This document shows, one piece after another, positions 1 to 14,437 of a stretch of DNA of 64,000 nt (position 1 is the first letter of the stretch; every line of letters begins with the position of its first letter). The stretch spans positions 29,636,001 through 29,700,000 of the forward strand of contig NC_087261.1 of NCBI RefSeq assembly GCF_037042905.1, read 5' to 3'. A program made the position numbers and the translations under genes. Under the pieces are notes generated by a model. That model did not search any database. It saw nothing but the letters and a program-made list of their open reading frames with translations, and was not told the DNA's origin. The stretch comes from Lytechinus pictus (Eukaryota).

Positions 1-284
1 AGTGGCAAAGAAAAATCACTTTTTTAATCAAAAGAGATTGGATTCATTTCAGTTTACTTGCAAAAGGGGTTAGGTCCACAATGTTAATCTTTTTAAAAAA
101 ATATATATAAAAAATTTAAGACAGGTAGATTTCTTTTATACCCAATTTTATGTTCACATGATAGGGTATTACATCATGACAATTTAGTTTCTCATAAGAA
201 TATTGCAATAAGTGAGAATAAAAAACATGGTTTTTCTCGGAATAGTCCAAAGTGGATCTAACCCCTTTTGCAACTAAACTCTTC
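1..284. mobile_element. Right part of a non-autonomous TIR element, same family as 14438-15230
   Basis: Aligns by eye with ~14950-15230 (gattggattcatttcag...gcaaaaggggttaggtccac...ctaaccccttttgcaact..tcttc). Ends in ctcttc followed by atat. Confidence 0.8.
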
Positions 285-2317
285 ATATGTATCTCGTTAG
301 ACGCATGAATTAAATGCACCATATTGCATTGCAAAAAAAAAAAATCATAAAGATTGATTGCAAATGAAATTTATTCCAAATGAAGCTAAATCCACTCTGT
401 GGTAAATAGAAATTGGTTAATTTTATTACTTAACATAAAGTCATATTTTAACATTCTAGGTACATATACTGGATACAATTTCTAACCATCAGTGCAGATT
501 TTGATACTTTGATAAAATAACATAATTTTACTATTTTTTTAATAATATTTCTGGGTAAAGTTCTTCTAGGAATTATCGTAAAGTCACCGTCCTTAGAAAA
601 AAGCCGAAATATATATTTTTTCTTTTTGAATTTGTATGGTAAAACATTAGAAAAGATTCAAAATGTACTATGCTAGCAATATTTATGTGATAATGCTTAT
701 TCAACAATAATAAACATGTTAAAATAAGGAAAAAATTGACGTTCGACCTAGGTCTATTACAAAAGGAGCTAGATCCATGAAAAATAAAATTAAAAAATGT
801 TGACAATTTATATTGAATGCTAGTTTTTTTTTACATGATTCAATTGATCTAAGATGATTGAACTATCATATATATCAGGTAAAATAGCAGTGGATAAGGG
901 AAAGTGGTAAATAAAAAAAAAACTATTTGCAGAAAAACGCTAAAAGTGGATTAAGCCCCTTTTGCTATTTTGGAATAAAACTCTTCATATGTCGTTTGTC
1001 CCGAGTCCAGGGCGAAACTGCTGTTTTTTCACCGATTTTAGTCGAAGATTGCTTTCTCATAAAGGGCTTTTGACAATATATATTCTATGTTGCAGAATTA
1101 GTCCCCGTTGCCATTGCTAAAACTCCATTTTGTTGGTTTGAAGCTGTTTTATTATACTGTCATGGATTGTCAACACATATCATCAATAAATTCTTGCCAA
1201 TCGGAATGGTATTTAAGTTATAAATGACAATGTCACTAAAAGATTTTTAGAAATAATCAGAGTGCCAATCATTGTCAATGCAAAATATCCATATTTGGGT
1301 TTCCCTGAATTTATATTATTTTGTAACCAGGGTGAAATGACTGACATTTGAACAAGGGAGTTAACGCCATGCCAAAATAACTAAATTGTCACTTACCAAC
1401 GCAGTTAAAGTAGAAATCCAAACAACAATCCCCAAATAATTCGCAGTTATCCGTGCACTGGCATATGTTCGTCAAGTTGTAGTGATCAAGGCATCTGTCT
1501 TGGCATGTGTGTGTTCCTTTCATGAACAAAAATGAGAATATGATAATCAGACAAGTTCATAATGTATGTGGTGCAGTCAAGCTCCTTTCGGGATTGAGGG
1601 TGCGACTGCCTGCAACCGTTGGGATAATGGCATCGTATTGTGACCAAACAATCCCACGAGCAATTGTAAAAACCCTCGGCTGGGTCTCCGAATCTACATG
1701 GAATAGTGTATAACTTAAAACTATAGATGAGAGTTTAGCTACCATGATTTTAACTCGTTCGATGTAGCATCTCCCGGATATGGCTACAAGTACTATAAAC
1801 ATGATAAAGGCTAAAGCTAAACCGTTCGGAGGTGTAGAGACCTTCCTCAGGGGCTGCGGGGGGGGGGGGGTCTTTGGTCCCCATTTTTTTCATAAACCGT
1901 GTACAAAAACGTAAGAATGACCATATGATTGTGATTTTTTGCATGGTCAGCCCCCCACCCCACTTTGAAAACAGTTCCGTGGCCCCTGTTCCCTACATAC
2001 AATATGTGTTAAAGATAAGAGGTTATGCCTAGTTAAGAACATGCGCGTCTTATCATGGTTATAGGAGTTTTCGCCCTGTGCCATTGCTTGCCCCAATAAT
2101 CTTTAAGAATTTGAAAGAAAAGATTCTCTTCAAATCCTTGACTCATTACACTATACAGTATTAATACATGAACGTTTTATACTTTTCTGCACACATCCGC
2201 CCGACTTGTTTTACTCGTCGCAAAAAAAACTATTTCTGAGATTTAAATCTTTAATGCAACGCATTCTTAGTATAATGACGAACATCGCGGCTACAGGGAC
2301 CAGGGTTCCTGCTCCAG

Positions 2318-3094
2318 GACGCCGTTTCATAAACCTGTTCGTAAATTAAGAGCGACTTTAAGAAAGACTGGTTATCCTTTCTTATGCGCTAACCCATCGC
2401 CAATGAACATACCATTTACCACAAAAAAGGATCACCAGTCGTTCTTAAAGTTGCTCTTAAAGGTCAAGTCCACCCCAGAGAAATGTTGACTAGAATAAAA
2501 AGAAAAAAATAAAACAAGCATCATGCTGAAAATTTGATCAAAATCGGATGTAAAATAAGAAAGTTATGACATTTCAAAGTTTCACTTATTTTTCACAAAA
2601 CAGTTATATGCACAACTCAGTAACACGCAAATGAGAGAGTCGATGATGTCCATCACTCACTATTTCTTTTGTTTTTTTTATTATTTGATTTATATACAAT
2701 ATTTCAATTTTTAACAATTTGACATCATGGACCAACTTAACTGAACCATAAAATGTTATAACAATGGTAATGCCACAAGTACAGTGAGAAAAACTTTGTT
2801 TCACAGGACAATGAGGAGAAAATTTGAATATTTCATATTTCATATAATAAAATACAAAAGAAATAGTAAGTGATGTCATCAGCCCCCTCATTTGCATACC
2901 GAGCAAGATGTGCTTATAACTGTTTTGTGAAATTAAGCGAAACTTTAAAATGCCATACCTTTCTTATTTTACATCCGATTTAGATAAATTTTTCAGTGTA
3001 ATGCTTGTTGTATTTTTTTCTTTTTATTCAAATCAACTTTTCTGGGGGGTGGACTTTGTCCTTTAACTTACAAACAGCTTGATAAAACACCTAC
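2318..3094. mobile_element. Harbinger-like MITE (CWG target) interrupted by a TTAA element
   Basis: Left arm ccgtttcataaacctgttcgtaaattaagagcgactttaagaa is the reverse complement of ttcttaaagttgctcttaa|cttacaaacagcttgataaaac once 2461-3062 is removed. Flanked by cag at 2315-2317 and 3095-3097. Confidence 0.7.
2461..3062. mobile_element. Kolobok-like (TTAA|AGG...CCT|TTAA) non-autonomous element
   Basis: TTAA at 2457-2460 and 3063-3066. Termini aggtcaagtccacccc / ggggtggactttgtcct, with long imperfect inverted arms (aaaatcggatgtaaaataagaaag / cttattttacatccgattt). Confidence 0.8.
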
Positions 3095-4489
3095 CAGGAG
3101 GAAATGGCGTTGATGTTTTTTTTTTTCCAGGAAAAGGCAGCGAGGCACCGTTCACATGGTTCCCCTGCCCTTGGTCCATAGTTACCTCTTTTTTTACAGC
3201 CTGATGGCCTTTCATGCAAGATGATTGTCCTTATAAAAACGAAACATGTTATTTATTTGAACATCAAATCCAGAATATCTCTTTTGGAAAGATTACAGTG
3301 GCACACTGTGTGATCACAGTTTGTTCATACAGTGTACTACGTGAAATCATTACGCATTTAAAATGTCTGGAATTCGACATTGTGAACATATTAACGTGAC
3401 TGTTCACAGCGTGTTCACATTGGGTCGACTACGTGAATTATGTGAATCACGCTGTTGAAATGCTTAAACCTTACAGTGTGAAGGGGATTTCACACTGTTT
3501 TCCACACTTTGAACGCACTTTGGCACAAACTATGGGACACTGTGTACTTATACTGTTGCTTCTGTCGAATCACATAGGGAACTCACCTGGTGTAAATGTT
3601 ATACCAAAGACGGTTGGAAGAAAACACAGGATATACAATGAGTATTTCATTCTGTATTGAGCTCCAAACCATGGCATAATAGAGAATGTTTCCTACAAAG
3701 AGATGCAAGCAGATAAACACACGAATAAATAAAGAAAGGAAAGATGAAGTGTTTGACCATGATATCGAAAATTATGTCTAAATGAACAAAAGAGTAAACG
3801 AAAAACAATAAGTTGCATCTCCTGAAATAAATTAATTAAAGAGGTTCGCAAAAATATTATTAAATATAATAAGTATGCATTTACGATGAAAAGGCATGTC
3901 GTCGGAAATGATGTTTTAATGATCAAAATGAGCTATATGATTCAGAATGCACTTCAATTAGTTAAATGTACAAGTAAATGTTTATGATAATGCCTACAGG
4001 TTAATCAAAATTTGATTTAATTATATATGAATAATGAAAACATTAGATTTGACGATCCGTTGTCACACCAGAACAAGTCATAAAGGAACAAAGTTAAACT
4101 TATTCATCAGGTTCATGGTATTTTTCAAATTATAACATATTAAACACACTCATGTACATTATTTAACTTTATCAATATTATGAACATGCAAAATAAAATA
4201 TAGTATAGATGGACCCTTGAAACACAGGCGATACAAATGAACTTCGTTCTGTTTGTATATTCGTACTGAACAACAAATCAACATTCCCGTCAAAGCCTTG
4301 GTTACTGATAATATAAGAGCGTAGATTAAAATACGGAGGTATATTTTTCTTTCGGTCATTAATTAACGACAGCTCCCCCAAAGACTTTATCTATGAAAGA
4401 TATAACATTACCAGGGATATGCAAAATATCTACATGCCCATAGAGGAAATGTTGAACATGCACATGTCGTAAATGTACATGTACGCTAA

Positions 4490-4612
4490 AATAGTTGTGG
4501 CATTGATGCATTATTTGCCAATAAATGCTTTACTGGACTAAATTTTTCGACAGTCGAACATTCGAGTTCAATAAAGCGTTTATTGGCAAAAAACATCAGT
4601 TGTCACTACTAT
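4490..4612. repeat. Imperfect palindrome (hairpin or MITE-like)
   Basis: aatagttgtggcattgatg..ttgccaataaatgcttta pairs with taaagcgtttattggcaa..catcagttgtcactactatt. Confidence 0.6.
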
Positions 4613-7600
4613 TCTGTTGTTTTATTCGACCCAATACCTAAAAGTGCAATAATAATAATAATAATAAATATATATATATATATACCGTATGAAAAACAGG
4701 TCAACCCATATAAATTCAATAAAATACGTTCTATGTGAAATTTTTCGAAAATCGGCCCGGATTCTCACTAATTAAAAGTTATTCCAATCGATATTTGAAA
4801 GAAGGCGTGATACATGACTTAGCTATTTCAAAACGATCATACATTGATATTACCATCCATTAATTATGGCATTTTTCGCGTGGGGTTGTGCAATCCAAAC
4901 ACAATTGCAAAAAATATTGTTGCTGCAGAAGAAGGCCCTTAGAATAATTTTTCAAACTCATTTCAGATCACACACAGATGTCCTTATTTCCAAAATAATA
5001 TTCTCTATGTGAATGATTTATATATTTTACAACTCGCCCAATTTATGTATAAACTAAGTAAAGATGATCTCCCCACATTTTTTTAATATGTTCTACCCAA
5101 ACCCGTACATATATTAGCAAAAAAACTCTTTCGCCTTTTTTGAACCAGTGTATTGAAATTCACTGCCCAATGACTTTAAAGAATCACAAAGTATTACTAT
5201 TTTCAAGCGGAAACTTAAAAAGAATACCACACCAACAAATCAAGCTAACATATAACTGTAACTAAACGTATTTAAATCCAATCTTTAACTATCAATAAAT
5301 TAGTCAAATATTATTTATTCTAAATAATGTCACTACAGTGCCTAATGACCTATGTATATACCTGCAATGTTCCTCCTTTCATTTTCAGTTCTATTTTCAC
5401 CATCCCTTTCTCCCTCCCTCTTTCCTTTGCCTCCCTTTTGTCCTCTTATAATTTCTACTTTGCTTTAATTTGAAATTTCTACTTTGCTTTAATTTCTACT
5501 TTTTTGCTTGGATATATTGTACTCTGTTTTGTTTTACTTTTACTTATAGATATCATATATTGTACATGCCTCAATGTATTTCGTCTGTATAAGTTCATTG
5601 TAATTATTTCGACCACATTACTTTGTTCTGTTGAAAATTAAACATAATAAATTGAAATTGAAATTACTTTAAATTCGTCATTATTATCGTTATCATTACA
5701 ATTATCTAAATTACTTTCCATTTTTCGCTGTCGCTTATTCGCTCTGTTTTTGGTATTTTGTAGATTACTTATTTTAAGCTCGTTTTCCGTCCGTCTCTTG
5801 TATATAGGTTATGTTAATTAGTATTGGAACTAAGTTTAGGGACTTGCCTTTTTTACAAGCTCTGCTTTTCTTGGCAAGTCCCACGGCTCAGTTATTTTAG
5901 CTTCAATATTTGTTATGAAATGTCTTTGAACTTTATGTATTATTTTGAACATGTACTTGTACTGTTACTCCGATTATATTATTTTGTTGAACGGAAATAG
6001 ATAAATCTAAATCTAAATTATCACTAATATATGGTTAAACAATTTTAGTCTTGAATAATGTCTTGCTGGAATGTCAAATAACTCGTATGCTGTATCGACA
6101 TTTACATCTTGATAATAAATTTTAAATTTAAAGATTTTAATGTGCAAATTAGTAAGAACCAGGTCAGTGTCACAATGACGATTCTGATAAGAGATTTGCA
6201 AATAATTTCACCCTAACTCTAAAGCCTAAAGTACAATGGTAGTTTAGTGCATGGTTTTGCCAATGCATAGACCTACTTAATCAGGCTGGCAATCTCGAGA
6301 TGTCTATATACTTTATAGCCATCAGTAATGATAAATATTCTCGAAGAAGCGCAACATGTGATTGTTTCTATTGGGATTATCACCTAATGACCATTATAAG
6401 GTCTAGGTTCGTGGTCTATGCAAATATCTCTTTTCTTTCTGGGTCAAACTTCAAATAAATCAGTTCAAAACAAACAACTGTGTTTGCATTGGTTATAAAA
6501 GATCAGTGCACTTAGAGTTGATAAAATAAATAAAGCATTGTAAAATTTGATATACTGTCCTGATATTAGCACAATATGATCGCACAAAAGGACTGAAAAG
6601 TGTAGTTGGTTTGTGTTCATGAAAATTTGATAATTTTCATCCACGGGAATTATTTCATTGCATGTATATATTAATGTAAAAAATTTAGAATTTCTGAAAA
6701 GAACAGAGGTTTATAGAAAGACTATGTAGTGGATACCAACATATTAAAAAAGAGCTAAATGTGTATTGGAAAGTTTCATAATACTTGTGCTTTCCACGAT
6801 GAATTTAAAGGTATAAGAAAACAAAATATATCCGTCTAGTATTTAAATAATTATATGTTGTTCAATGTCGTATTTATATTTTTACATTTTCTTGTATGTT
6901 CTCGATCGGATTGGTTTACGTGAAATTAATATTTATATTTTGATTGCGTTGATCGGTTCAATTGCTAAGGCTGCAGGTGATGGGGTGGCCGGGCGGGAGG
7001 GCGTTGCTCTTGATATTAGCTGTACGGAGTGTCTATATCTGCATGGATTGAAATACTATTGCATTGGTCTAAAAACACCGAGGGCAAGGATCATTTACCT
7101 TATATAAATAATCAAACAGAACAAAACAACATAATGAAAACAGAGGACGGGGGGACGTGATGACATGTGTTACAATATCACCCACGACTCTACTAATATA
7201 AGGCACATTTTACAACGCTATCTGAATAACTTACAGCAACAGCCACAACACCATCAACAACAACAAAAACGATAGTGATAATAATAACAGTAATAATGAT
7301 GACAATGACAATGATATTACAGTAATTACACATTGTAATTATATAGAAATATATCTGAATATATTATATATGATTAAACAGCATCAGCCATCGATAAAAT
7401 ATTGAATCAGAAATAAATAAAACAAATAAGATTGAAAGCAAAATTATTAAGGGAAGTCCCTCCTCCCTCTTCCTTCCCTTTACAATATTATGTTAAAACA
7501 CATGATCACTTAATAGCAAGTGAATGTTTGCTCTGTTCATATTTCAAAATATTGACAAAAGCTACGAAGTTATTGTAATTAATCTAAATTTAATCATTTT

Positions 7601-8259
7601 TTTAAATTACAACGTTAGCTTGAAAAACTGTGTGTCATTATTACGGTTGTCAAGTCTGTAGCGTGCCAAAATAAAATTACAAAGTTAGTATTCAAATACT
7701 TACTTCAATAAAATATCCCACTCTGAGACGAAATAAAAAATGCCGAGATTTACCATGTACCACAGTTGTTTCCTTCGACATGGACCTGGTTTAAAATGAA
7801 TGCTATATGTGCAGATCTTCAGATTGTCTCAAAGGTTTATTTACCTGTTTAGGGGCGTCCGTATTGCATTATAAACTTATGGGGGTATTGATTTACTTAG
7901 GAGTTACAGGGAATTCACATGTTCGTAGCATTAGACACAGAATTTTGTCACGGATTTTCGGGATGTGGTGACCACTAAATATCATTTTACTAAGAAAACG
8001 TCCATTACAAGATAAAAATAGGGAATTTCCTCATAAAACTGGTTAAAAAGATGGCAAATATTCTAAGGATATTCCCTGCGTAATGCGTTTCCGCTTGTTT
8101 ATTTATGTATTTGTTTTCATGTTTATTCATATGTATATTTATGCTAAAGTGTCCTTGTTCATGAAACATCGTATTGTCAAAAAAAAAACTATCGCGCGTG
8201 AGCTTGTGGGCGAAACTTTTGTCAAACAGATCTTATCGAACGGAATGAAAGTAGACTTC

Positions 8260-8815
8260 TTGACATGGAGATCGAAGAGAGGAAAGAACGCGAGTTTAGT
8301 TATCTTCATAAAAGCATCAACAGATAATTTGAGAATTCGAAGAAAGTAGAAGACCCCATCAACCCACCAGATCAATACTCCACTCGCTGCTGTCTACGGA
8401 TCTTCGGAATAGATGAATCATCTACAGAAAACACGGATAATGTTGTTTGCAATCTGGCAGATTGGAAGCTGCATGGATGCTCCACTCCTTTAAAACGACA
8501 TCAATAGGTTCCATCGCACCAACAAGAGGAATCTGACGGAAAAGCATTCACGACCAATTATTTTGTAAGTTGTGCAACTACAAAAATAGAGCACAAGCTA
8601 TAAAATCGCTAAGGAAGGTGAAAATTATGAAATCAACATCCAAGAAGACTTGACGACAAGGACCAGGAGATCTATAGAATAGCCTACAGGAGTGAGAAAG
8701 TGATATCTGCTTGGACAAGAGATGGTCGTATGTTTGCCCTATTCAAAACCGCTGGCAAGGATGGAAAGAATATTATAAAGCGGATCACAAGCGTCCATGT
8801 ATTGGAAATTATATG
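8260..8815 (+). mobile_element. Degenerate LINE ORF1 (L1-type RRM/CTD, as in CR1/L2-group elements)
   Basis: Manual translation across frameshifts: DQYSTRCCLRIFGIDESSTENTD, NDINRFHR, SRPII, INIQEDLT, SAWTRDGRMF. These match the EQYSRRxxLRIxGIxE / DIxRxHR / RPIIVKF / INEDLT / WTxDG motif series. Confidence 0.8.
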
Positions 8816-11092
8816 AAATTGCTTGTTATTTTAATCAGTGTCTAGTTAAGAGGAAATATTAATTTAAAAGTCGGTGAATAGTAAGTTCACACGCTGGTGA
8901 AAAGAAAGTTCAGAAGCTGATGATGACATGTACTCAAAACCGCTGACAAGGAAGGAATGGAAGGTCATCACAAGCGTCCATGATTTCGATATTGAAATTG
9001 CTGGTAATACTGGAATTTAATTGTGTTTTTTCATTTTTTTCATGGTTTTTATACATTGTTGACAATTCAATTTATCACTGATATGCAGTGTTATAATTGT
9101 GTCATAATGTGTGAAAGAAATTAATGTTTGTAAGTCGTGCAGTCACCAATATGTAGTACAAAATGAAGGTCAAATACCAGTTATTACGAATTGTGCAGAT
9201 TGTAAACCTAATAGAAAAACATTATGTATATAGTCCTAGTCTTTCCAATTATATTATAGATAATATAGGATTCCAGCCCTCACAGAAGAAAGAATTACGT
9301 AATACAAATGGTCTTTCATTAATAGATATAAATCTAAATAAGTTCCTTTGTACAAATTATGAACTGCTTTGTTGGATCACCTATATATAAACAAAACACA
9401 AATCAAAGCAAACTGATTCGAAAATTTATAGATGTTCACGGATATTACTCAGGATATTCGCATTTGTAAATAGAAGCGGTCACAAGTTAACATAAAAATA
9501 AAAACATATAAAAAATAATAGAAATTAAATATAATTTAATACATAATGTGCTGTAGAGGAGCAATAAGCATGATAAGAGAGTACAAGTATTTTAAATACC
9601 ATCCTCTGAGCAAAATAAAATTGTCAATGTATTATGTGTAAATGCCTGTCTCGTTGAAGCCTGCAAACGTTATACAAATTTACTTCGACGAAAGAAAAGA
9701 CAATAATTAAAAGTTATTTGCACAGCCTGCCTACGTTCCTTGAAACAAATTATCCCAAAGCATGTTTATAACACGTTAGCTTCCGGTGAAATCAAGAAAT
9801 TTTCTGCCAACAAATTTTCATGATATGACTTTGCCAATCGTTTTAGCGCTTTAGGTGCTAGTCAAACAACACAACAGACAGTGGAAGCGGATTCTGCTTT
9901 AAAAAATGATTTAAATGGACCGATTCTCCTGAAGACAACAAAAACACACTTGTCGAAATATCGAGTTTGGGTGGTCCTTTTAAGGACCAACGCTTGCCCA
10001 AGAAAGATGGTGTACGGTGAAACCTTCTACACTAGTGCACCGATCATAATGAAACAGGTAGAAGCTATTTGGTTTTCCCTCGCAATTACCGAGTAATGGC
10101 TAGTTTTCCTCTTTAGAAATTATGCCTGCTATGCCAGAATATTTACAAAATACAGATACAAATTCTAGAATGTAAAAAAAAGTTACAATAAGGTTCACAA
10201 GATATTGCTATGATCAGTGGATGATGAAATGAAAGAATTTATTTCTAATGAATAACCGTGGGTTAGCGCTAAAAACAATCCGGAAGACTCCAGTTGGTTT
10301 TTCAGAATAACCAAACATAGACGACCAGGACAAACCTTGAATTTTGCCAACTAATTTCCCTCATACATTTACCGCAACATCTGGCACTTTGCAACTCATG
10401 TCGTGTTGCAAACAACAAATGAAAAATAAATTATTCCCATGACCATGATGCCATTGTTTTAACATTATGCATCATCTATTCTTTTGCGATTGTTTTTTTT
10501 TTTACGCGATATATTTCATAAATGCATTAAGGATTCACCCTCTTTAAAAGGGAATGAGGCCAGAATCAGTAGCAAGTTCAGTTAAATCTGTTGAAGCAAT
10601 ATCGAATAGAAAGCGAAAAGACACGAAAACGTGATAATTGAATAACGGTAAAGTGAAGGTGGAGCTCCTTATATTCCGTGTATGTTTACACACATATTCA
10701 TTTTTCAGAATTATCCTCACCTTTTCAGTAATTCAGTAAAACAGAGACTGCTGAAATGGTTTCGTTAAAAGCTGTTACAATAAGTCTCTTTGGATGCTGA
10801 CCCTTCATCATAAATCTGATTACAAATTTATTGTCCTTTTTCCTTTTTTTTTATAATAATATAGTGCGTATGTAGAGGCCTTGTTGTGATCATTCCATGG
10901 AATTCGTACTCGCATTTGAAGGGATCTTTCTTTCCCTCTCTCTCTTTTTCCTTTTTCGCCTTTCCCCCGTTTTTTTTTTTATTTTACCGGTGAAATCCGC
11001 CAGAGGGGGGGGGGGGGGCAGCTTGTCCCACTGCCCCCCCCCCTCGCCTGTTACACCATTATTTGTACCAGCTTGGGTTTGTTTGATCACCC

Positions 11093-13469
11093 TGTTGCAC
11101 CCACAAATGTAATAACGCCCACAAATGTAATAACACTTTACCCACAAATGTAATAAATTTTTACCGACAAATGTAATAAATTCACCCACAAATGCAATAA
11201 TGCACTTTACCCACAAATGTAATAATTTTTGATCGCCCACAAATGTAATAATGACTTTACCCACAAATGTAATAAATTTGAAGGGATTTTTTGCGAATCC
11301 GTTCTAAACTAAAATCCTATAGTAATGCGTTCATATAGCACTAAGGTGCACAGTCTTTTTTCCAGACCCAGTTAATTCAACATTATAGTACAAGTCCAAG
11401 GTCTTTTTCCAGACCCGGTTGTTTCAAAATTATAATATACGTCCAAAGTCTTTTTTCCAGACCCGGTTAAAAAAAATATATAATATACGTCCAAAGTCTT
11501 TTTTCCAGACCCGGTTGTTTCAAAAATTGTAATATAAATCCAAATTCTTTTTTCCAGACCTGGTTGTTTAAAAGAATTATAATATAAGTCCAAAGTCTTT
11601 TTTTCAGACCCGGATAATTAAGCAATTACAAAGTCCAAAGTCTTTTTTCCCGAACCGGTTGTTTCAAAAATTTTAATATGAGTCCAAAGTCTTTTTCCAG
11701 ACCCGGTTGTTTCAAAACTATAATATACGTCCAAAGTCTTTTTTCCAGACCCGGTTTTTAAAAAAATATAATATACGTCCAAAGTCTTTTTTCCAGACCC
11801 GGTTGTTTCCAAAATTGTTATATAAATCCAAATTCTTTTTTCCAGACCTGGTTGTTTAAAAAAATTATAATATAAGTCCAAAGTCTTTTTTTCAGACCCG
11901 GATAATTAAACAATTACAAAGTCCAAAGACTTTTTTCCCGAACCGGTTGTTTCAAAAATGTTAATATGAGTCCAAAGTCTTTTTCCAGACCCGGTTATTT
12001 CAAAAAAATTTACGATAATGATATTCCAGGGAAAAAAAGAGAATCGAGCTTAGTCTTTTCTCCAGACCCAGTTAATTAAAACTGGCGGAATTAATGTCTT
12101 TGTTGTTGTTTCAACTTATACGGCATATATTGTGAATAAATGTGCTAAGAGTAAATTGAGAATCAAGCATAGTCTTTTCTCCAGACCTGGTTACTTAAAA
12201 CTAAAAACTAAACCCTATAGCAATGCGTTCATAAAGCACAAAAGTGCAAAGTCTTATTTCCAGACCCGGATAATTAAACAATTACAAAGTCCAAAGTCTT
12301 TTTTCCAGACCCGGTTGTTAAAAAAATTATGATATAAGTCCAAAGTCTTTTTTCCAGACCCGGTTGTTTCAAAAAATTTAATATAAGTCCAAAGTCTTTT
12401 TCCAGACCCGGTTATTTCAAAAATTATAATATAATATATATATATAAGTACAAACTAAGTTACAACCGGGTCTGGAAAAAAGACTATGGACTTGCATTAT
12501 AATTTTTGAATTAACCGGGTCTGGAAAAAAGACTTTGGATGTATATTATAATTTTTGAAACAACCGGGTCTGGAAAAAAGACTTTGGACTTATATTTTGA
12601 TATTTTAAACGACCGGGTCTGAAAAAAAGACTTTGGACTTGCATTATAATTTTGTGATTAACCGGGTGTGTAAAAAAGACTTTGGACTTGCAGTATAATT
12701 TTTGAAACAACGGGGTCTGGAAAAAAGACTTTGGACGTATATTATAATTTTTGAAACAACCGGGTCTGGAAAAAAGACTTTGGACTTATATTATAATGCT
12801 TGAAACAACCGGGTCTGAAAAAGAGACTTTGGACTTGCATTATAATTTTTGAAACAACCGGGTCTGGAAAAAGACTTTGGACGTATATTATAATTTTTTA
12901 AAACAACCGGGTCTGGAAAAAAGACTTTGGACTTGCATTATAATTTTTTGATTAACCGGGTCTGTAAAAAAGACTTTAGACTTGCATTATAATTTTTTGA
13001 TTAACCGGGTCTGGAAAAAAGACTTTGGACTTGCATTATAATTTTTGAATTAACCGGGTCGGGAAAAAAGACTTTGGACGTATATTATAATTTTGAAACA
13101 ACCGGGTCTGGAAAAAGACTTTGGAATTGTACCATAATGTTTTATTAACCGGGTCTGGAAAAAAAGACTTTGCACTTTTGTGCTATATGAACGCATTACT
13201 ATAGGATTTTAGTTTAGAACAGATTCGCCAAAAATCCCTTCAAATTTATTACATTTGTGGGTAAAGTCATTATTACATTTGTGGGCGATCAAAAATTATT
13301 ACATTTGTGGGTAAAGTGCATTATTACATTTGTGGGTAAAGTGCATTATTACATTTGTGGGTAAAGTGTTATTACATTTGTGGGCGTTATAATATTTGTG
13401 GGTAAAGTGTTATTACATTTGTGGGCGTTATTACATTTGTGGGCGACTATTACATGTGTGGGTGTAACA
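11093..13469. mobile_element. Foldback-type non-autonomous DNA transposon with TGTT...AACA ends and 5-bp TSD (Ginger-like)
   Basis: Whole element is an inverted repeat centred ~12440. Outer arms are acccacaaatgtaataa repeats; inner arms are ~46-48 bp aagtccaaagtcttttttccagacccggttgtttcaaaaattataat repeats. caccc at 11088-11092 and 13470-13474. Confidence 0.85.
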
Positions 13470-14437
13470 CACCCCCTCCCCTTAAAAAATGCTAGCTAAG
13501 GACAGTTTTAAAAAATGCATGAGTAAATGGAAATGTTTGTACTCACAAAGCACATGTTCAATAATCTGAAATCATTATCAACAGGTTCAACAATAAAACT
13601 CGCGCTGATTCGAACAATCACATAGTGTGTATGAAATATAGTTTCCACCACGAACAATTACTCATCGGTAATCATACTGATTCTAGGCTAGCAAAAGGTT
13701 AAAACGCAAATCGCTCTTCCTTTGTTTATTATTCACCAGGCACTATTTCGTGCAGAGCACGATCTTATTTCGTATATGAACTTCAGTATGGACGCTTTGT
13801 CACTAATGCTTTTTCACTTTATTGAGAATGCACCACTATCAACGGATTAAAAGAGAAATCTACTCATCATTTTTTTTCTTCAGATTTTAAGGAATATCAT
13901 AAACTGTAAAAGATATAAGAAATAAAAGAACGAGTGAAATAGTGAAATATGGTATCCATATTCATATCCATATAAGAAAAAGGGTCAATGACGCTGCAAA
14001 ACTTTTTTTCTTCTCAGAAACACACAAAAAATCAATTCCGGTTAGGCAGGCGGGAGAACTGTTAAAAATATTTGATTTTTATTGCACTTTCCGAGGGGAA
14101 CATTATGCAATTTAAAATAGTTAAACTCTTGCAAGATATTTGATTCACCATGACGTTACCGATTGCCTGATATCATAACCACGATAACAGCGGAGAAAGT
14201 GATGAAATTCGATTTGGATTTGAATGGAGTTGGCAAGAATAAAAATCGATTTTTAGGCCCATGAACTAGGCAAAGTAAATCCAATCAATAAACGTTTTTA
14301 AAATATCAAGAAATAATTTTATTTCTTTGAGTTTTTCTTCAGTGAGTCGATTCCTTAAGTGTATAATTATTTGACTGTCAGTGAAAAGAATAGGAAAAAA
14401 AACTGGCGCAGTGGAAAATCTAATATACTGCTTATTT

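Noticed and set aside
11350-13170. CRISPR-like array of regularly spaced repeats
   Set aside because: The 'spacers' are near-identical AT-rich sequence, the array is mirrored, no cas genes are present and the context is eukaryotic. It is a foldback TE.
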